Of a DNA stretch of 64,000 bases, positions 20,454 to 31,144 are shown in pieces. Source of the stretch: Candidatus Obscuribacteraceae bacterium (GTDB lineage: Bacteria > Cyanobacteriota > Vampirovibrionia > Obscuribacterales > Obscuribacteraceae). The position numbers were made by a program, and so were the translations under genes. Within the stretch, counting starts at the first letter, position 1. Each line of letters begins with the position of its first letter. The stretch spans positions 224,001 through 288,000 of the forward strand of contig JBGAHS010000007.1 of assembly GCA_044226015.1 (NCBI GenBank), read 5' to 3'. Under the pieces are notes generated by a model. That model had not been told where the DNA came from. It saw only the letters and a list, made by a program, of their open reading frames with translations, and searched no databases.

Positions 20454-20909
20454 ATGATCATTGACAGGAAGCTGCGGGAATCTGTTGCTAGCATCATGTT
20501 ACAGGAAATGTTGAGCCTGAATGGTGAAAGAGGCATTCCAAACCCTACAGCGGAAAACACGAGAGTCTCCGGCATGGATAGTCAACTTCTGGCTAAGCTT
20601 ATTGAATCAAATTTTGCCCGGCTGGATGAAAATGGCGACGGACTTACAAAGAAGGAATTGGCTGCTGCCATGAGCACGCCACACAAGTTCAATGCAGATG
20701 AGTGGACAATGCTGCGGTTGATCACGAAGTATTTTGATAGCATCGCAGCTATTTGTGACGATCAGATGGAAGGTGAAAAGGTTCGCATAACACACATGGA
20801 CAAAGAGGTTCTCATCCAGTTTCTGAAGTATTCAAACATGTCACTTCAAGATATTCATGATTGGCTGAGCCGTAACGAGAGATCCGTCGCTCCGCCACCG
20901 AAATCGTAA
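20454..20909 (+). CDS. Hypothetical protein with EF-hand-like loop
   Basis: GGAGG SD before ATG 20454; FARLDENGDGLTKKEL. Confidence 0.75.
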   Translation: MIIDRKLRESVASIMLQEMLSLNGERGIPNPTAENTRVSGMDSQLLAKLIESNFARLDENGDGLTKKELAAAMSTPHKFNADEWTMLRLITKYFDSIAAICDDQMEGEKVRITHMDKEVLIQFLKYSNMSLQDIHDWLSRNERSVAPPPKS

Positions 20910-20911
20910 GG

Positions 20912-21925
20912 TCATTTTGTAATCAAGTCGCCAAGTCCATGCTCTTCCAAATATTGGTTCAGCGAATCTTTTAAATCGATGCCATTGAGTGACGCTACAG
21001 CTTGAAAGGGACCCACCCTGTTGTACTGACTTCTGAGCTGACCATCTCGAACTGGCTGTCCTTCGTAGGTGAAGACTCGATTCGTACTTATGTTCGTGAA
21101 AGTTTCTGGCGTTTCACTTAGCACATAGTGGTTCAAAGACTCCTGTTGAAACATTTCAATGGGTGGTCCATTCCAAAAATTTGATTCGCTCACAACGTAT
21201 TGCGTCCGAGTTACTAACGACGATGGAGATGTTTTTTCGCACCTCTGTTGAACTGTCAAAAAGCGAACTGCCTTGCCATCTGAGTTTCCATCCCTTTCTG
21301 AAGGAAGGAAGTTGACGTGCCAGTAGTTTCCTGCAGCATCCATTTGATGACCCCAGGTTGCGTCCATTTTGTTATCGACCCAATGATTCTGATTTATTTG
21401 CTGACCAGTATTTAGATCGGTGACGCTTACGGTAAGGTCACCTTGTTTGAACCACTTTCCCGCTAACCATTTGGGAATCATGAACCACTCAGCTGATGCT
21501 TTGTGAACTTCCGCGCTAAGATTCTTGCTCGTAGTGTCATTGTGCGGTTGCCCTACACCCACGAGGGGGAGATATGCTTGTTTTTTTGAATTGTCTTCAG
21601 CTTCTGCTTGGAGTGTTGGAGCGGTACTGCTTGTATTACTTGTGATGTTGGTATCAAGGGTGGCAGTCGAAGAACTCAACTTCACTTTATGACGGTGCTT
21701 GTCTATGACATCGCTGACGTGCGGGAGTTGGTCGCTGTGGCTCACACCGCCATGAAGTGTGAAGCCCGGCGCTGCGCTATTCGAATCTTGGGGCGATGCA
21801 GCTGATGCATTCGTGGATTGTATCGTCGACGCATCCTGTCTGCCAGTTTCTGCCCCCGCACGGCAGAAGCTCCAACTGATTGCTATTCCGATGCTGACAC
21901 AAAAAGCTGATCTAACGTGACGCAT
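20912..21925 (-). CDS. Exported hypothetical protein
   Basis: Long ORF with a signal-like N-terminus, low-complexity linker and a beta-rich C-terminal domain. Confidence 0.8.
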   Translation of the reverse strand: MRHVRSAFCVSIGIAISWSFCRAGAETGRQDASTIQSTNASAASPQDSNSAAPGFTLHGGVSHSDQLPHVSDVIDKHRHKVKLSSSTATLDTNITSNTSSTAPTLQAEAEDNSKKQAYLPLVGVGQPHNDTTSKNLSAEVHKASAEWFMIPKWLAGKWFKQGDLTVSVTDLNTGQQINQNHWVDNKMDATWGHQMDAAGNYWHVNFLPSERDGNSDGKAVRFLTVQQRCEKTSPSSLVTRTQYVVSESNFWNGPPIEMFQQESLNHYVLSETPETFTNISTNRVFTYEGQPVRDGQLRSQYNRVGPFQAVASLNGIDLKDSLNQYLEEHGLGDLITK

Positions 21926-22179
21926 TGCCTGCCCAACCTGCCAATTTCACTATTGTACCCGAGAGTCTGCGTTAGTAAAGAGGTCAGAGCAAACTCGCGA
22001 AATCTAGCTCTGGGTTTGATGAGCGCTGTTGCTTTGATTCTCTGGCTATTTATCGATTTTTGACAGCTGTTACGCAAGTCTTCCAAAAATGGTATCAAAT
22101 GTAGTGTCATACCAGTTGTGGAATTCTTCCTCTCGACTGATTTTGCGCAGGGTTTTAATCTTGTTTGCCAAATGGCATC

Positions 22180-22212
22180 TGAAAGACTAATGAAAGGTTA
22201 TGCGGCTATCAT
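22180..22212 (+). promoter_or_regulatory. Candidate OmpR-family direct-repeat box plus -10 element
   Basis: TGAAAG at 22180 and 22191 (11-bp period), then TATCAT 10 bp downstream, upstream of an OmpR-family regulator. Confidence 0.45.
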
Positions 22213-22425
22213 TTGCTCAAAGGGTTCTGCATTACTTGAGTCTCTCTGGACAAGACGACCCCTCGGCGTGCAAACCCTTTCCATTTTGAAAAGCACAACA
22301 AGTCACACAGCCATACCTTTTGAATTGTTCACCCTAGACAGTTACAGGTTAATTACTGATGTACAATTTAAGCTGCAGCATAGAACAATTGCCATGCTGC
22401 ACTCAGAGAAAGCGAGGCGAAAGAT

Positions 22426-23094
22426 ATGAGAATCCTTCTAGCCGAAGATGACAATTACCTTTCCGATGCCATTTCACTGGCTTTGCGCGATGGCGGCTAT
22501 TCTGTCGACAGAGTTGCTGCAGGTGACGAAGCCGACCATGCAACTAAGACATGTACTTATGACCTGGTTATTCTCGATTTAGGACTGCCTGGACTTGACG
22601 GACTTGAAGTGCTGAAGCGGATTCGAAGTCGCGGGCAGTCTTTGCCCATTCTTATTCTTACAGCAAGAGATTCACTCCAAGACCGCGTGCGCGGGTTAGA
22701 TTTCGGCGCAAATGACTATTTAACCAAACCGTTTGATTTGCCAGAACTTGAGGCTAGAATTCGCGCACTTTTGCGCAAAGACTTGTGGAATAACCGAACA
22801 ATCGTCAAGCATGGCTCTCTGGAGTTTGACACCGTTGATCGTCATTTAACTATCAATGGTGAACTAGTTGAACTGTCAGCCAGAGAGCTAGCAACTCTGG
22901 AAATATTGCTTCAGCGTGTTGGTATGATAGTTACCAAACCTCAATTGGCAGAACACCTGTCTAACTGGGAGATGGAAATAACGCACAATGCTATAGAGAT
23001 TATTATTCACCGCTTACGCAAGAAATTGGAAAACACCGACCTCACTTTGCGCACAATAAGAGGACTGGGATACCTAGTTGAAAAAGCAAAATAA
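22426..23094 (+). CDS. OmpR-family response regulator (TctD/QseB-like)
   Basis: Receiver domain (AEDD, ILDLGLPGLDG, LTAR, DYLTKPF) and winged helix (IHRLRKKL, TIRGLGY). Confidence 0.95.
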   Translation: MRILLAEDDNYLSDAISLALRDGGYSVDRVAAGDEADHATKTCTYDLVILDLGLPGLDGLEVLKRIRSRGQSLPILILTARDSLQDRVRGLDFGANDYLTKPFDLPELEARIRALLRKDLWNNRTIVKHGSLEFDTVDRHLTINGELVELSARELATLEILLQRVGMIVTKPQLAEHLSNWEMEITHNAIEIIIHRLRKKLENTDLTLRTIRGLGYLVEKAK

Positions 23095-24544
23095 CAGGTC
23101 TGTTAGAAAGCAGCTGCTGCTCTGGCTTTTGATTCCACTGAGCTGTCTATGGGTCCTTAGCGCGGTGATAACTTATCTTCTTGCTGAGTCATATGCAGAA
23201 GAACTTTACGATAATCAACTTCTAAATTCGGCTGACTCTGTTATTGGTCGTCTTCGCTTGCACGAAAACGGGGTGGATGTTGACTTGCCACCAGCAGCAG
23301 TGGCGATTTTGCGCAATAACTTTAAAGATCGAGTTTACTTTCAAGTCTTATCTTCAACCGGAAAGTTGATTGATGGAGACAAAGACTTGCCGATGCCGAA
23401 AGATCTCTCGCCAGACATCTATGAACGCCTTCCGATGTTTAATTACAGCAAGGCAAATGGTGCCGTAGTTCGGACAGTTCTTTTGGAAGCCTTCATTGCT
23501 GAAGCTCCACAAAATAGAGCCTTTGTTCAGCTGGCTGAGACATTGGGCACACGAAAAGCGCTTGCTACTCACATATTTTTCAATACCGCAATTTCGGGGC
23601 TGACTGTAATTCTTTTTGGTGCAGTTATAATTTGGCTAGGCGTAAGTCGAGGACTTTTGCAACTTGATGAATTGATTCGAGCACTTTCAAGTCGTTCTCA
23701 GTTCGACCTGCGCCCAATTGATGAGAGCACGGCACCACAGGAGGTGCGGTCCTTAGTTCATTCATTAAACAATTTGCTCGCCCAGCTACGAGAAGATATC
23801 GAGTCAAAGCAGAGGTTTGTTGCTAACGCCGCTCATCAATTGCGAACTCCGCTCGCCGGGCTGAAAACATACATTGGAATCTTGCAGAAAATAGTATCAG
23901 AGCCGTCTGCAAAAGAAGTTCTCCAACAGCTCGATACTGGTGCAGATCGAACTACCCATCTTGTGAATCGCTTGCTCGCGCTCTCAAAATTTGAGCCCAG
24001 CGCTGAAGGTCAGGCGAAACACTCGGTTGTCGACCTCAATGCTGTAGCAGCGGCTGCCGCTTCGAATCTTGTCGTTGAAGCCGTGTCCAAAAATATTGAA
24101 CTCTCGTTTGAGTCCTCTGCTTCACAAGCCTGGGTTCTGGGTGATGAACCAAGCCTTCTGGAGATGATTACGAATCTGGTGGAGAATGCGGTTCGTTACA
24201 CACCAGCTAACGGCAATGTTTCGGTCTCGATAAGCAATGAAGAGATGGTCAAATTGCAAGTCGATGATACAGGTCCAGGCATTCCAGTGCACGAAAGAGA
24301 GCGCGTGTTTGAGCGCTTTTACCGAATACTCGGTAGTGACGTTAATGGCAGCGGTATTGGTCTTGCAATTGTCCATGAGGTTGCCCGTTCGCATAATGCG
24401 CGAGTTTTGATAGATGATGTGCCAGGGCAGCTCACTGGCACTAGAATTACAGTAGAGTTCTTGAAAGCTGAAAAACCAGGAATTATCGAGACAAAAAGTC
24501 CGCTTTTGCGGGTAGAACCACAACATGACAGAAAAAATAGCTGA
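23078..24544 (+). CDS. Sensor histidine kinase (TctE-like)
   Basis: Two TM helices, HAMP, H-box AAHQLRTPL, NLVENAVRY, DTGPGI, FERFYR and GSGIGL. Confidence 0.95.
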   Translation: MKKQNNRSVRKQLLLWLLIPLSCLWVLSAVITYLLAESYAEELYDNQLLNSADSVIGRLRLHENGVDVDLPPAAVAILRNNFKDRVYFQVLSSTGKLIDGDKDLPMPKDLSPDIYERLPMFNYSKANGAVVRTVLLEAFIAEAPQNRAFVQLAETLGTRKALATHIFFNTAISGLTVILFGAVIIWLGVSRGLLQLDELIRALSSRSQFDLRPIDESTAPQEVRSLVHSLNNLLAQLREDIESKQRFVANAAHQLRTPLAGLKTYIGILQKIVSEPSAKEVLQQLDTGADRTTHLVNRLLALSKFEPSAEGQAKHSVVDLNAVAAAAASNLVVEAVSKNIELSFESSASQAWVLGDEPSLLEMITNLVENAVRYTPANGNVSVSISNEEMVKLQVDDTGPGIPVHERERVFERFYRILGSDVNGSGIGLAIVHEVARSHNARVLIDDVPGQLTGTRITVEFLKAEKPGIIETKSPLLRVEPQHDRKNS

Positions 24545-25154
24545 AGTTCCATTGAAAATCCTCTTGATAGCTCAAGAGGAAGCTCGTCGACTTGGAGATA
24601 CTACGGCCGGAACTGAGCATGTGCTTCTAGCTTTATCGAGTCTTGAAAATCCGGCAGCCAGTGCGTTGAACGGATTTGGTATCACTTATGCCGATGTAAA
24701 AACTGAATTGGAAGGGCTTCGTTCGCAACAAAACGCTCTGGGGGTTGAAGTCGAGATTGAACTGAGCGAGAGAAGTAAGCAATGCCTCGAGCTGTCATAT
24801 CTTGAAGCCAGTACCCTCAAACACCAGGTAGTAGGCGCCGAGCACATGCTGCTTGCAATCATTCGCCTGGGCGAGGGCGTCGCAATTGGTATTCTGTCTA
24901 AGTTTGGCATAAGCGTTGCAGACCTCGAAATTGCTTTGCTTTACCAATGTTCGAGCGCACTTGCAGCCCCCTTGAGTGATGTTGGAAAAGAACTCGAAAC
25001 TCAAATCGAAGTTTGGAACAGGTTGTCAGTTATAGCTCGCGAACAAGACTATCAAGATCTTGTGCAGGAGGCCGCCAGGCATACCAAGATGTACAAAGAC
25101 GCGCTTCACGAGCTGAAGAATGCGTCAGACGCTGACGTGAGAGTCACCTTTTGA
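24525..25154 (+). CDS. Stand-alone Clp N-terminal (repeat) domain protein
   Basis: Two ClpN repeats (AQEEARRL..GTEHVLLAL; EASTL..VGAEHMLLAI); no AAA+ domain. Confidence 0.88.
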   Translation: MTEKIAEVPLKILLIAQEEARRLGDTTAGTEHVLLALSSLENPAASALNGFGITYADVKTELEGLRSQQNALGVEVEIELSERSKQCLELSYLEASTLKHQVVGAEHMLLAIIRLGEGVAIGILSKFGISVADLEIALLYQCSSALAAPLSDVGKELETQIEVWNRLSVIAREQDYQDLVQEAARHTKMYKDALHELKNASDADVRVTF

Positions 25155-25216
25155 TTGCCAATCCCGAAATTGGTGCTTGAAGCCAGAGATCTCTTAATTT
25201 AAGATTCTAATGCTGA

Positions 25217-26182
25217 ATGGCCGGAGTTTCCATGGCAGACGACATCACTCGCCCACCAAATGTGATTTGCTTGACCACCAAAGTGCGAGTGGCTGGCAAC
25301 GTTGATATTGCTCCGGTAACGGAGTCGCTCACGCACATTATGATGGCAGGCGCGAAATTCCCGGGCTTTTACAGTGCAGAAATCATTCCACCTTCGATTG
25401 CAAGGGCTGAATGGACGCTTGTCGAGCGGTTTTCGCAGTACGAACAGGCAAATGGCTGGATGCATTCCAGCACAAGAAATGAACTGATCGAATCGATGCG
25501 AAACGTGGTGCCAGGGCGTATCCTTTCTTCTGAAGAAATGCTGGATGACAAGGGTGTCTCAGGTATGGCGGCGACCGCCATTGTCACCTATGTTAAGCCA
25601 GGTATGGAGGCTGATTATTGGGGCTGGGAGTCCCGCATACAGGCGGCTCAAGCGCGATCTCCCGGGTACCGAGGCACCTATATTCAACCGCCACCTGCTG
25701 ATAGCCCCGGAAAATGGACGACGATGCTGCGCTTTGATGAGCCCGAGTCTCTTGAGTTGTGGTTGGCTTCCGGCGAGCGTAAAGAGCTGCTAATTGAAGC
25801 GGAACGTCTTGTGAATGCAACCCTGTATCAGGACATGAGTTCATCTTTTCCAGGATGGTTTCAGGCGGACAAGAGGGGGCAGAGCCCAGATACATGGAAG
25901 ACCGCTTGTCTGGTGCTTGTGGCGCTGTTTCCATTCATGCACCTTTTTCGACTTGTCTTGGGTCCCTATCTGGTAGAGCTGCCCGATGGTGTTTCAAGCT
26001 TGCTCATACTCACATTTAGCGTTGGAATGTTGAGCTGGGGCTGCATGCCGTTGCTTGTAAAGTCAATGCGCTGGTGGCTTTTGCCAGATCATCCCAATCC
26101 ATCAGAGCTAAATTTGAAAGGCGCCGCAGTCGTAACTGTGGCACTACTGGTGGAGCTATTTCTTTTCTGGAATTTGAAGTAA
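25217..26182 (+). CDS. Antibiotic biosynthesis monooxygenase-like (double ABM) membrane protein
   Basis: Two ABM-like repeats (FPGFY...W..S..R; PGYRG...WLASGER), FPGWF, and C-terminal TM helices. Confidence 0.8.
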   Translation: MAGVSMADDITRPPNVICLTTKVRVAGNVDIAPVTESLTHIMMAGAKFPGFYSAEIIPPSIARAEWTLVERFSQYEQANGWMHSSTRNELIESMRNVVPGRILSSEEMLDDKGVSGMAATAIVTYVKPGMEADYWGWESRIQAAQARSPGYRGTYIQPPPADSPGKWTTMLRFDEPESLELWLASGERKELLIEAERLVNATLYQDMSSSFPGWFQADKRGQSPDTWKTACLVLVALFPFMHLFRLVLGPYLVELPDGVSSLLILTFSVGMLSWGCMPLLVKSMRWWLLPDHPNPSELNLKGAAVVTVALLVELFLFWNLK

Positions 26183-28411
26183 TCAGAGATTTGCTTTGAT
26201 TCTTTCAATTGCTTTCTGGCAGTTCGTGACGCCCTTTGAATGCGCCTGCTCATAGTGAATTAGAGCTTGATTTATATCACGAGCTACCCCGATACCATTT
26301 TCATGACAGATACCCATCCAGAAAAATGCGTGTCTGTTGCCCAGCTGCATGAGAGATTTGAACGCAGCGATGGCTTCTTCAAACTTCAAGCCAGCCGGTT
26401 TCCACAATTCATCAAAGCCCTGCGGAAAACCTGCATCAGCAGCTTTTTGGAACCAGGATTCGGCGCCACGAGTATCTTTCATTACTCCAATGCCGTTTCT
26501 ACAACAAAGTGCTAGTTTCCATTTTGCATATCCATCGTCGGACTCTGCTACTGATTTAAGCAAAGCAATACCACGTGGAATATTGCGTCCGATGCCGTCA
26601 CCCAATAGAAGTGCGCAGGCAAGCATCGCCTGGGCAAGTGGATATTTTCTAGCTTCTGATGCCAGATCTTCAAGCATCTGCTGAGAGCGTTTGCTGTCTT
26701 GTTTGACACCAATACCGTTTCTCAAGCAAGCTGCATATATCAATGTAGCTTTTTCATCATTGGTAGAAATTGCCTTTTCTAGCCAGATAATTGCTTCATC
26801 AATTGCATCAGCATGGCAATCAGAAGTGAGGCACAAGCTGATGAAAGCTAGCTGTGCGGAGTCATGACCAAATAAAGCTGCGCGCTTGAATAAAGTCATA
26901 GCTTTGACGATTTCCTCTGGCTTTCTCGAATCTCTTGCCTTGCATCCGAGTGAGAAAAGCACCTCAGGGTCATTGCTTTCTACTTCTATTTTTTGTATCA
27001 CTGGAACCAGCGATGTAGCTGCTTCAGCTTCGATTATTTTTCCGAGTTGGTCGGCGCAAATCTTCAGGCGCTCGCTTGCTTGCTCGTTGCCCTGCTTCGA
27101 TGCTTTTCCATACCAGAGCGCAGCTTTGTTGAAGTCTTGTGTAATGCCCAGTCCGAATTCATAGCACCATCCCAGGCTGAACTGTGCCAGGTCATACCCC
27201 TGTTCCGCTGACCTGCTCAGCCACATCGCTGCCTCGGCTGGGTTTGCTTCAAATCCGGCTTCTCCGCGTAAATAGTGGTCGCCGATGCGCCACTGCGCTT
27301 CTTTCATTCCCTTCTGTGCTGCGTAAAGAAGCCATCTTCGCGCCTCTTCGGGGTTCGGTTTGCAGCCCTGACCATACTCAAGACGCAAAACCAATTCATA
27401 CTGTGCGATAACATCGCCACCCACAGCTCTTTCGCGCAGCCCATCCAGATTCGTTGAGAAGATTTTTCGCTCCAACGTGGACTCTGGATTGTCCTGAGCT
27501 GCAGTAGCCTTTTCCTGACCTGCCAGAGCTTGTGTTGCAACTCTTGCAAAAGCCTCATTCAGCTCGGCTCGAAATTCGGCCATACTGGCTTGCCTTTCGT
27601 CGGGATCTTTTGAAAGCCCTTTGAAAATGACTCTCTGAATTTCTTTTGGCACCATGATGTGTTTGCAAGCTTTTTCAAACGGCAACGGTACCTGGTGAAT
27701 CTGGTTGTTCATAATCTCACCGATGCTGTTGCCCAAAATCGGATTGGAGCCGGTGATCATTCTGTAAAGTACACTACAAAGAGAGTAGACGTCGGTGCGT
27801 GCATCGACTTTCTTTCCGAGGCATTGCTCTGGGCTCATGTATTGAGGTGTTCCCACCACATATCCTTCAAGTGTCAATCCCTCGGAAACAGCTTCATTCG
27901 TTCCATCTTTGGCAATTCCGAAGTCAACCAGTTTGACGAAGTCTGTGATGTCCTCTTCGTTAATGACCATCACGTTTCTTGGTTTTAAGTCTCTATGGAT
28001 GACACCGCGCTTGTGGGCGTGATGTAGTGCCGAGCAAACCTGAGTAATAATGCGTAAGCAACGTGTAACTGGCAGCCGTCCCTCTTCGCCCATTAAATCT
28101 TGAAGGTCCATACCTTCGATGTAGTCCATTACGAGGAATGGTCGTTCGTTTCGCCAGTTGCCGACGTCGAACACTGTTACTATGTTTGGATGGTTGAGAC
28201 GCCCGATTGAGCGGGCTTCTCGTTCAAAACGCATGAAAGCAGTTTTGTCCGACATGTTTTCAGGCGTCAACAATTTGACCGCCACGAATCGTTCGAGCTG
28301 ACGGTGTCTTGCTTTGAACACCATACCGCCTTGACCCTGTCCTAAGACAGAGGTCAGCTCGTACCTGTCAGCAAGGACTATTCCAATGAATGCTTCAGCC
28401 GGTTCGGCCAT
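26183..28411 (-). CDS. Hanks-type Ser/Thr kinase fused to Sel1-like repeats
   Basis: LGQGQGG, VAVK, HRDLKPRN, DFG, GTPQYMSPEQ; multiple Sel1 repeats (AQFSLGWCYEFGLGITQD). Confidence 0.95.
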   Translation of the reverse strand: MAEPAEAFIGIVLADRYELTSVLGQGQGGMVFKARHRQLERFVAVKLLTPENMSDKTAFMRFEREARSIGRLNHPNIVTVFDVGNWRNERPFLVMDYIEGMDLQDLMGEEGRLPVTRCLRIITQVCSALHHAHKRGVIHRDLKPRNVMVINEEDITDFVKLVDFGIAKDGTNEAVSEGLTLEGYVVGTPQYMSPEQCLGKKVDARTDVYSLCSVLYRMITGSNPILGNSIGEIMNNQIHQVPLPFEKACKHIMVPKEIQRVIFKGLSKDPDERQASMAEFRAELNEAFARVATQALAGQEKATAAQDNPESTLERKIFSTNLDGLRERAVGGDVIAQYELVLRLEYGQGCKPNPEEARRWLLYAAQKGMKEAQWRIGDHYLRGEAGFEANPAEAAMWLSRSAEQGYDLAQFSLGWCYEFGLGITQDFNKAALWYGKASKQGNEQASERLKICADQLGKIIEAEAATSLVPVIQKIEVESNDPEVLFSLGCKARDSRKPEEIVKAMTLFKRAALFGHDSAQLAFISLCLTSDCHADAIDEAIIWLEKAISTNDEKATLIYAACLRNGIGVKQDSKRSQQMLEDLASEARKYPLAQAMLACALLLGDGIGRNIPRGIALLKSVAESDDGYAKWKLALCCRNGIGVMKDTRGAESWFQKAADAGFPQGFDELWKPAGLKFEEAIAAFKSLMQLGNRHAFFWMGICHENGIGVARDINQALIHYEQAHSKGVTNCQKAIERIKANL

Positions 28412-28502
28412 TTGCTGCTACCGTATAAATACAAGGTCTAATATTCCACACATGAAGGCAATTGTCTCTACCTTTTGTTGAACTTGTGTAACCGCGAGGA
28501 AT

Positions 28503-29192
28503 TTGATGCCAGCACCTTTTTACAACTCCAGGTCAGGCTGCGCTGCCAGTATCTACCATGTTCTTGCGGGGAGAGGAGCGAAGCAAAACGCGCTTGTCAA
28601 GTGCGTGCGGTGTTCAAGGTTTCGCATAAAATTTCTGACTTTCTTCCTGGTGACGATTCTGAGCCTGTGCGTTTCAGGCATAGTTCTGGCTGAAGATGCG
28701 AATTCGGTTAACAAGCAGAGTGAAGCAATTTACAAAGCCGCCGCCTCCTGCCAGGGCAAAAGAATGTGGACGGGGTTTGGCTTGACAGAAGGTACCTTAG
28801 GATGTGCCGCAGCCATGTCTAACGTGTTGAATATTGCTGGAATCAGAGATGCTCACTCGGCAGCGGTTGTTCCGCTCAGAAAGCAAATACTCAAAGGCTC
28901 GCACGAAGTGGTGGAGATTAAGATCAAAAATGGCGAAACCGCCTGTATCGAGAACGAGCTAGTCCTCAATTCCGCTCGACCTGGCGATCTTCTGTTTGCA
29001 TTTTCAGAGCCGCCCAGTAAGCCGAATCTTGGTGGACATGCGCACTGCGGAATAATGTCATTTGGTATGTTTGTGTTCACAAATGACTGGAACGATGGAA
29101 TCTGGAAGAGAGTCGATATTCATTCTATGTTTGACGGTTACCGCTATGTCAGGCTAGTTCGAGTCATGCCAGCAAAGCGCAAAACTAAATGA
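28503..29192 (+). CDS. Exported NlpC/P60- or CHAP-like cysteine hydrolase (putative)
   Basis: GCAAAMSNVL, PGDLLF and HAHCGI give a Cys/His arrangement typical of this fold. Start uncertain. Confidence 0.6.
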   Translation: MMPAPFYNSRSGCAASIYHVLAGRGAKQNALVKCVRCSRFRIKFLTFFLVTILSLCVSGIVLAEDANSVNKQSEAIYKAAASCQGKRMWTGFGLTEGTLGCAAAMSNVLNIAGIRDAHSAAVVPLRKQILKGSHEVVEIKIKNGETACIENELVLNSARPGDLLFAFSEPPSKPNLGGHAHCGIMSFGMFVFTNDWNDGIWKRVDIHSMFDGYRYVRLVRVMPAKRKTK

Positions 29193-29428
29193 ATTCATTT
29201 ATGAGCACGCTCTTCGACAATCGGGCAGGCAGATGCTTGCCACTGAATATAGTGTCATTCTTTAGCTTGTCTGCAAACAGCATATTATTTGCTCTTGCCT
29301 TAAACTGTGATTAAGTCTTAAACATACGCTTAAAGCTTGCTGAACATCAATCGTTTTTTGCAAACAATGCTCTAGCATTGACATCGCGTGCTTTAGCGCG
29401 TACTAAATCGCCTCAACGGAGAAGAAAA

Positions 29429-31063
29429 ATGTCGCAGAGTCCAAGCAGTGTTTTTCAATTAGGGAAGGATGAGACAAAATATCGTCTCCTTGGCAAGGAA
29501 GGCGTAAGCGTTGAGACTTTCAACGGCAAGAAGATTTTGCGTGTAGAAGCGAAAGCCCTGAGTCAGTTGGCAAAGGCTGCGTTCACTGACGTGTCACATT
29601 TGCTCAGAACCAGTCATTTGGAAATGTTGGCAAGCATTCTCAAAGATAACGAGGCTTCTGCCAACGACAAATTTGTCGCCCTTGAACTTTTGAAAAATGC
29701 TGCCATCGCTGCTGGTGGCACCTTGCCCATGTGTCAAGACACCGGAACAGCTATAGTGATGGGTCATAAAGGTCAACAAGTGTGGACCGATTGTGATGAT
29801 GCCAGCGCCATTTCTGAAGGAGTGAAAAAGACTTACAACGAATGTAATCTCCGCTACAGTCAGATGGCTCCTCTCGATATGTACAAGGAAGCAAATACGG
29901 GAAGTAACTTGCCTGCTCAGATTGAAATTTACGCCGACCCTGGTGATGTTTACGAGTTTCTTTTCATAGCCAAGGGGGGCGGCTCGGCAAATAAGACCTT
30001 CCTTCTGCAGGAGACAAAATCTGTTCTCAATCCTGATGGCTTGACTAAGTTGCTGACTGAGAAAATAGCCAGCCTTGGAACATCTGCTTGTCCTCCATAC
30101 CATCTAGCTGTGGTTATCGGTGGACTGTCCGCAGAGATGACTTTGAAAACAGTAAAGCTAGCTAGCTGCCATTATCTCGATACACTGCCCACAGAGGGCG
30201 ATAAGACTGGTCGCGCTTTCCGCGATGTAGAGTTCGAGAAAAAGGTCCTTGAGATAACACGCAATCTCGGAATAGGTGCTCAGTTTGGTGGTAAGTATTT
30301 CTGCCACGATGTGAGAGTTGTCAGACTTCCACGCCATGGTGCCAGTCTGCCAGTCGGTATAGGTGTATCGTGCAGCGCGGACAGGCAAATTCTTGGAAGA
30401 ATAGATGAAAACGGAATTTGGCTTGAACAGCTTGAAACTGACCCGGCGCGTTTTCTACCTGAAGTTGAATCGAAGGATCTGACTTCCGAAACTATTCTAG
30501 TTGACTTAAATAGACCCATGGAAGAAATAAGAGCTTCGCTCAGTGGGAAGCCCCCAGGCACAAGATTGATGCTTACTGGCACTATGCTTGTCGCAAGAGA
30601 TATTGCTCATGCAAGATGGAAAGAAATGATCGAAGAAGGAAAGGAACTTCCTGAATATATACGCAAGCACCCGATCTATTACGCGGGTCCAGCTAAGACA
30701 CCTAGCGGTTATGCATCTGGTTCTTTTGGACCAACAACAGCTGGAAGAATGGACTCTTATGCCGATCTTCTCATGTCTCGCGGCGCCAGCCTGATCACTC
30801 TTGCTAAGGGCAATCGCGGCAAGAATGTAAGAGAAGCCTGCCAGAAATGGAAAGGCTTTTACCTTGGCACCATAGGCGGTGCGGCTGCTCGATTGGCTCA
30901 GGACTCCATCAAAAAGGTCGAGACAATAGACTTTGCCGAACTAGGCATGGAAGCGGTGTTCAGGATTGAAATCGAGAACTTCCCCGCATTCATTGTAGTC
31001 AATGATAGTGGTGAGGACTTCTTTGCTCAGGTTCTTGAGCAGAGATTACAGCTGAGCAAATAG
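29429..31063 (+). CDS. Class I (Fe-S) fumarate hydratase
   Basis: [52 protein letters not shown] before ATG 29429. Confidence 0.97.
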   Translation: MSQSPSSVFQLGKDETKYRLLGKEGVSVETFNGKKILRVEAKALSQLAKAAFTDVSHLLRTSHLEMLASILKDNEASANDKFVALELLKNAAIAAGGTLPMCQDTGTAIVMGHKGQQVWTDCDDASAISEGVKKTYNECNLRYSQMAPLDMYKEANTGSNLPAQIEIYADPGDVYEFLFIAKGGGSANKTFLLQETKSVLNPDGLTKLLTEKIASLGTSACPPYHLAVVIGGLSAEMTLKTVKLASCHYLDTLPTEGDKTGRAFRDVEFEKKVLEITRNLGIGAQFGGKYFCHDVRVVRLPRHGASLPVGIGVSCSADRQILGRIDENGIWLEQLETDPARFLPEVESKDLTSETILVDLNRPMEEIRASLSGKPPGTRLMLTGTMLVARDIAHARWKEMIEEGKELPEYIRKHPIYYAGPAKTPSGYASGSFGPTTAGRMDSYADLLMSRGASLITLAKGNRGKNVREACQKWKGFYLGTIGGAAARLAQDSIKKVETIDFAELGMEAVFRIEIENFPAFIVVNDSGEDFFAQVLEQRLQLSK

Positions 31064-31080
31064 AAAAAAATCGCGAATCA

Positions 31081-31121
31081 AAAAATAGAGGGAACTCGTT
31101 TTGCGGGTTCCCTCTATTTTT
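31081..31121. terminator. Bidirectional intrinsic terminator
   Basis: AAAAATAGAGGGAAC...GTTCCCTCTATTTTT inverted repeat between convergent fumarase and ovoA. Confidence 0.88.
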
Positions 31122-31144
31122 ATGCAGCTGAAGTGGTTTTTACA

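Noticed and set aside
22118..22429. 103-aa ORF upstream of the response regulator
   Set aside because: No recognisable motif or SD; the region is better explained as promoter and UTR.
29298..29336. Repeated TTAA(A/G) motifs upstream of fumarase
   Set aside because: Irregular spacing in AT-rich DNA; not distinguishable from chance.
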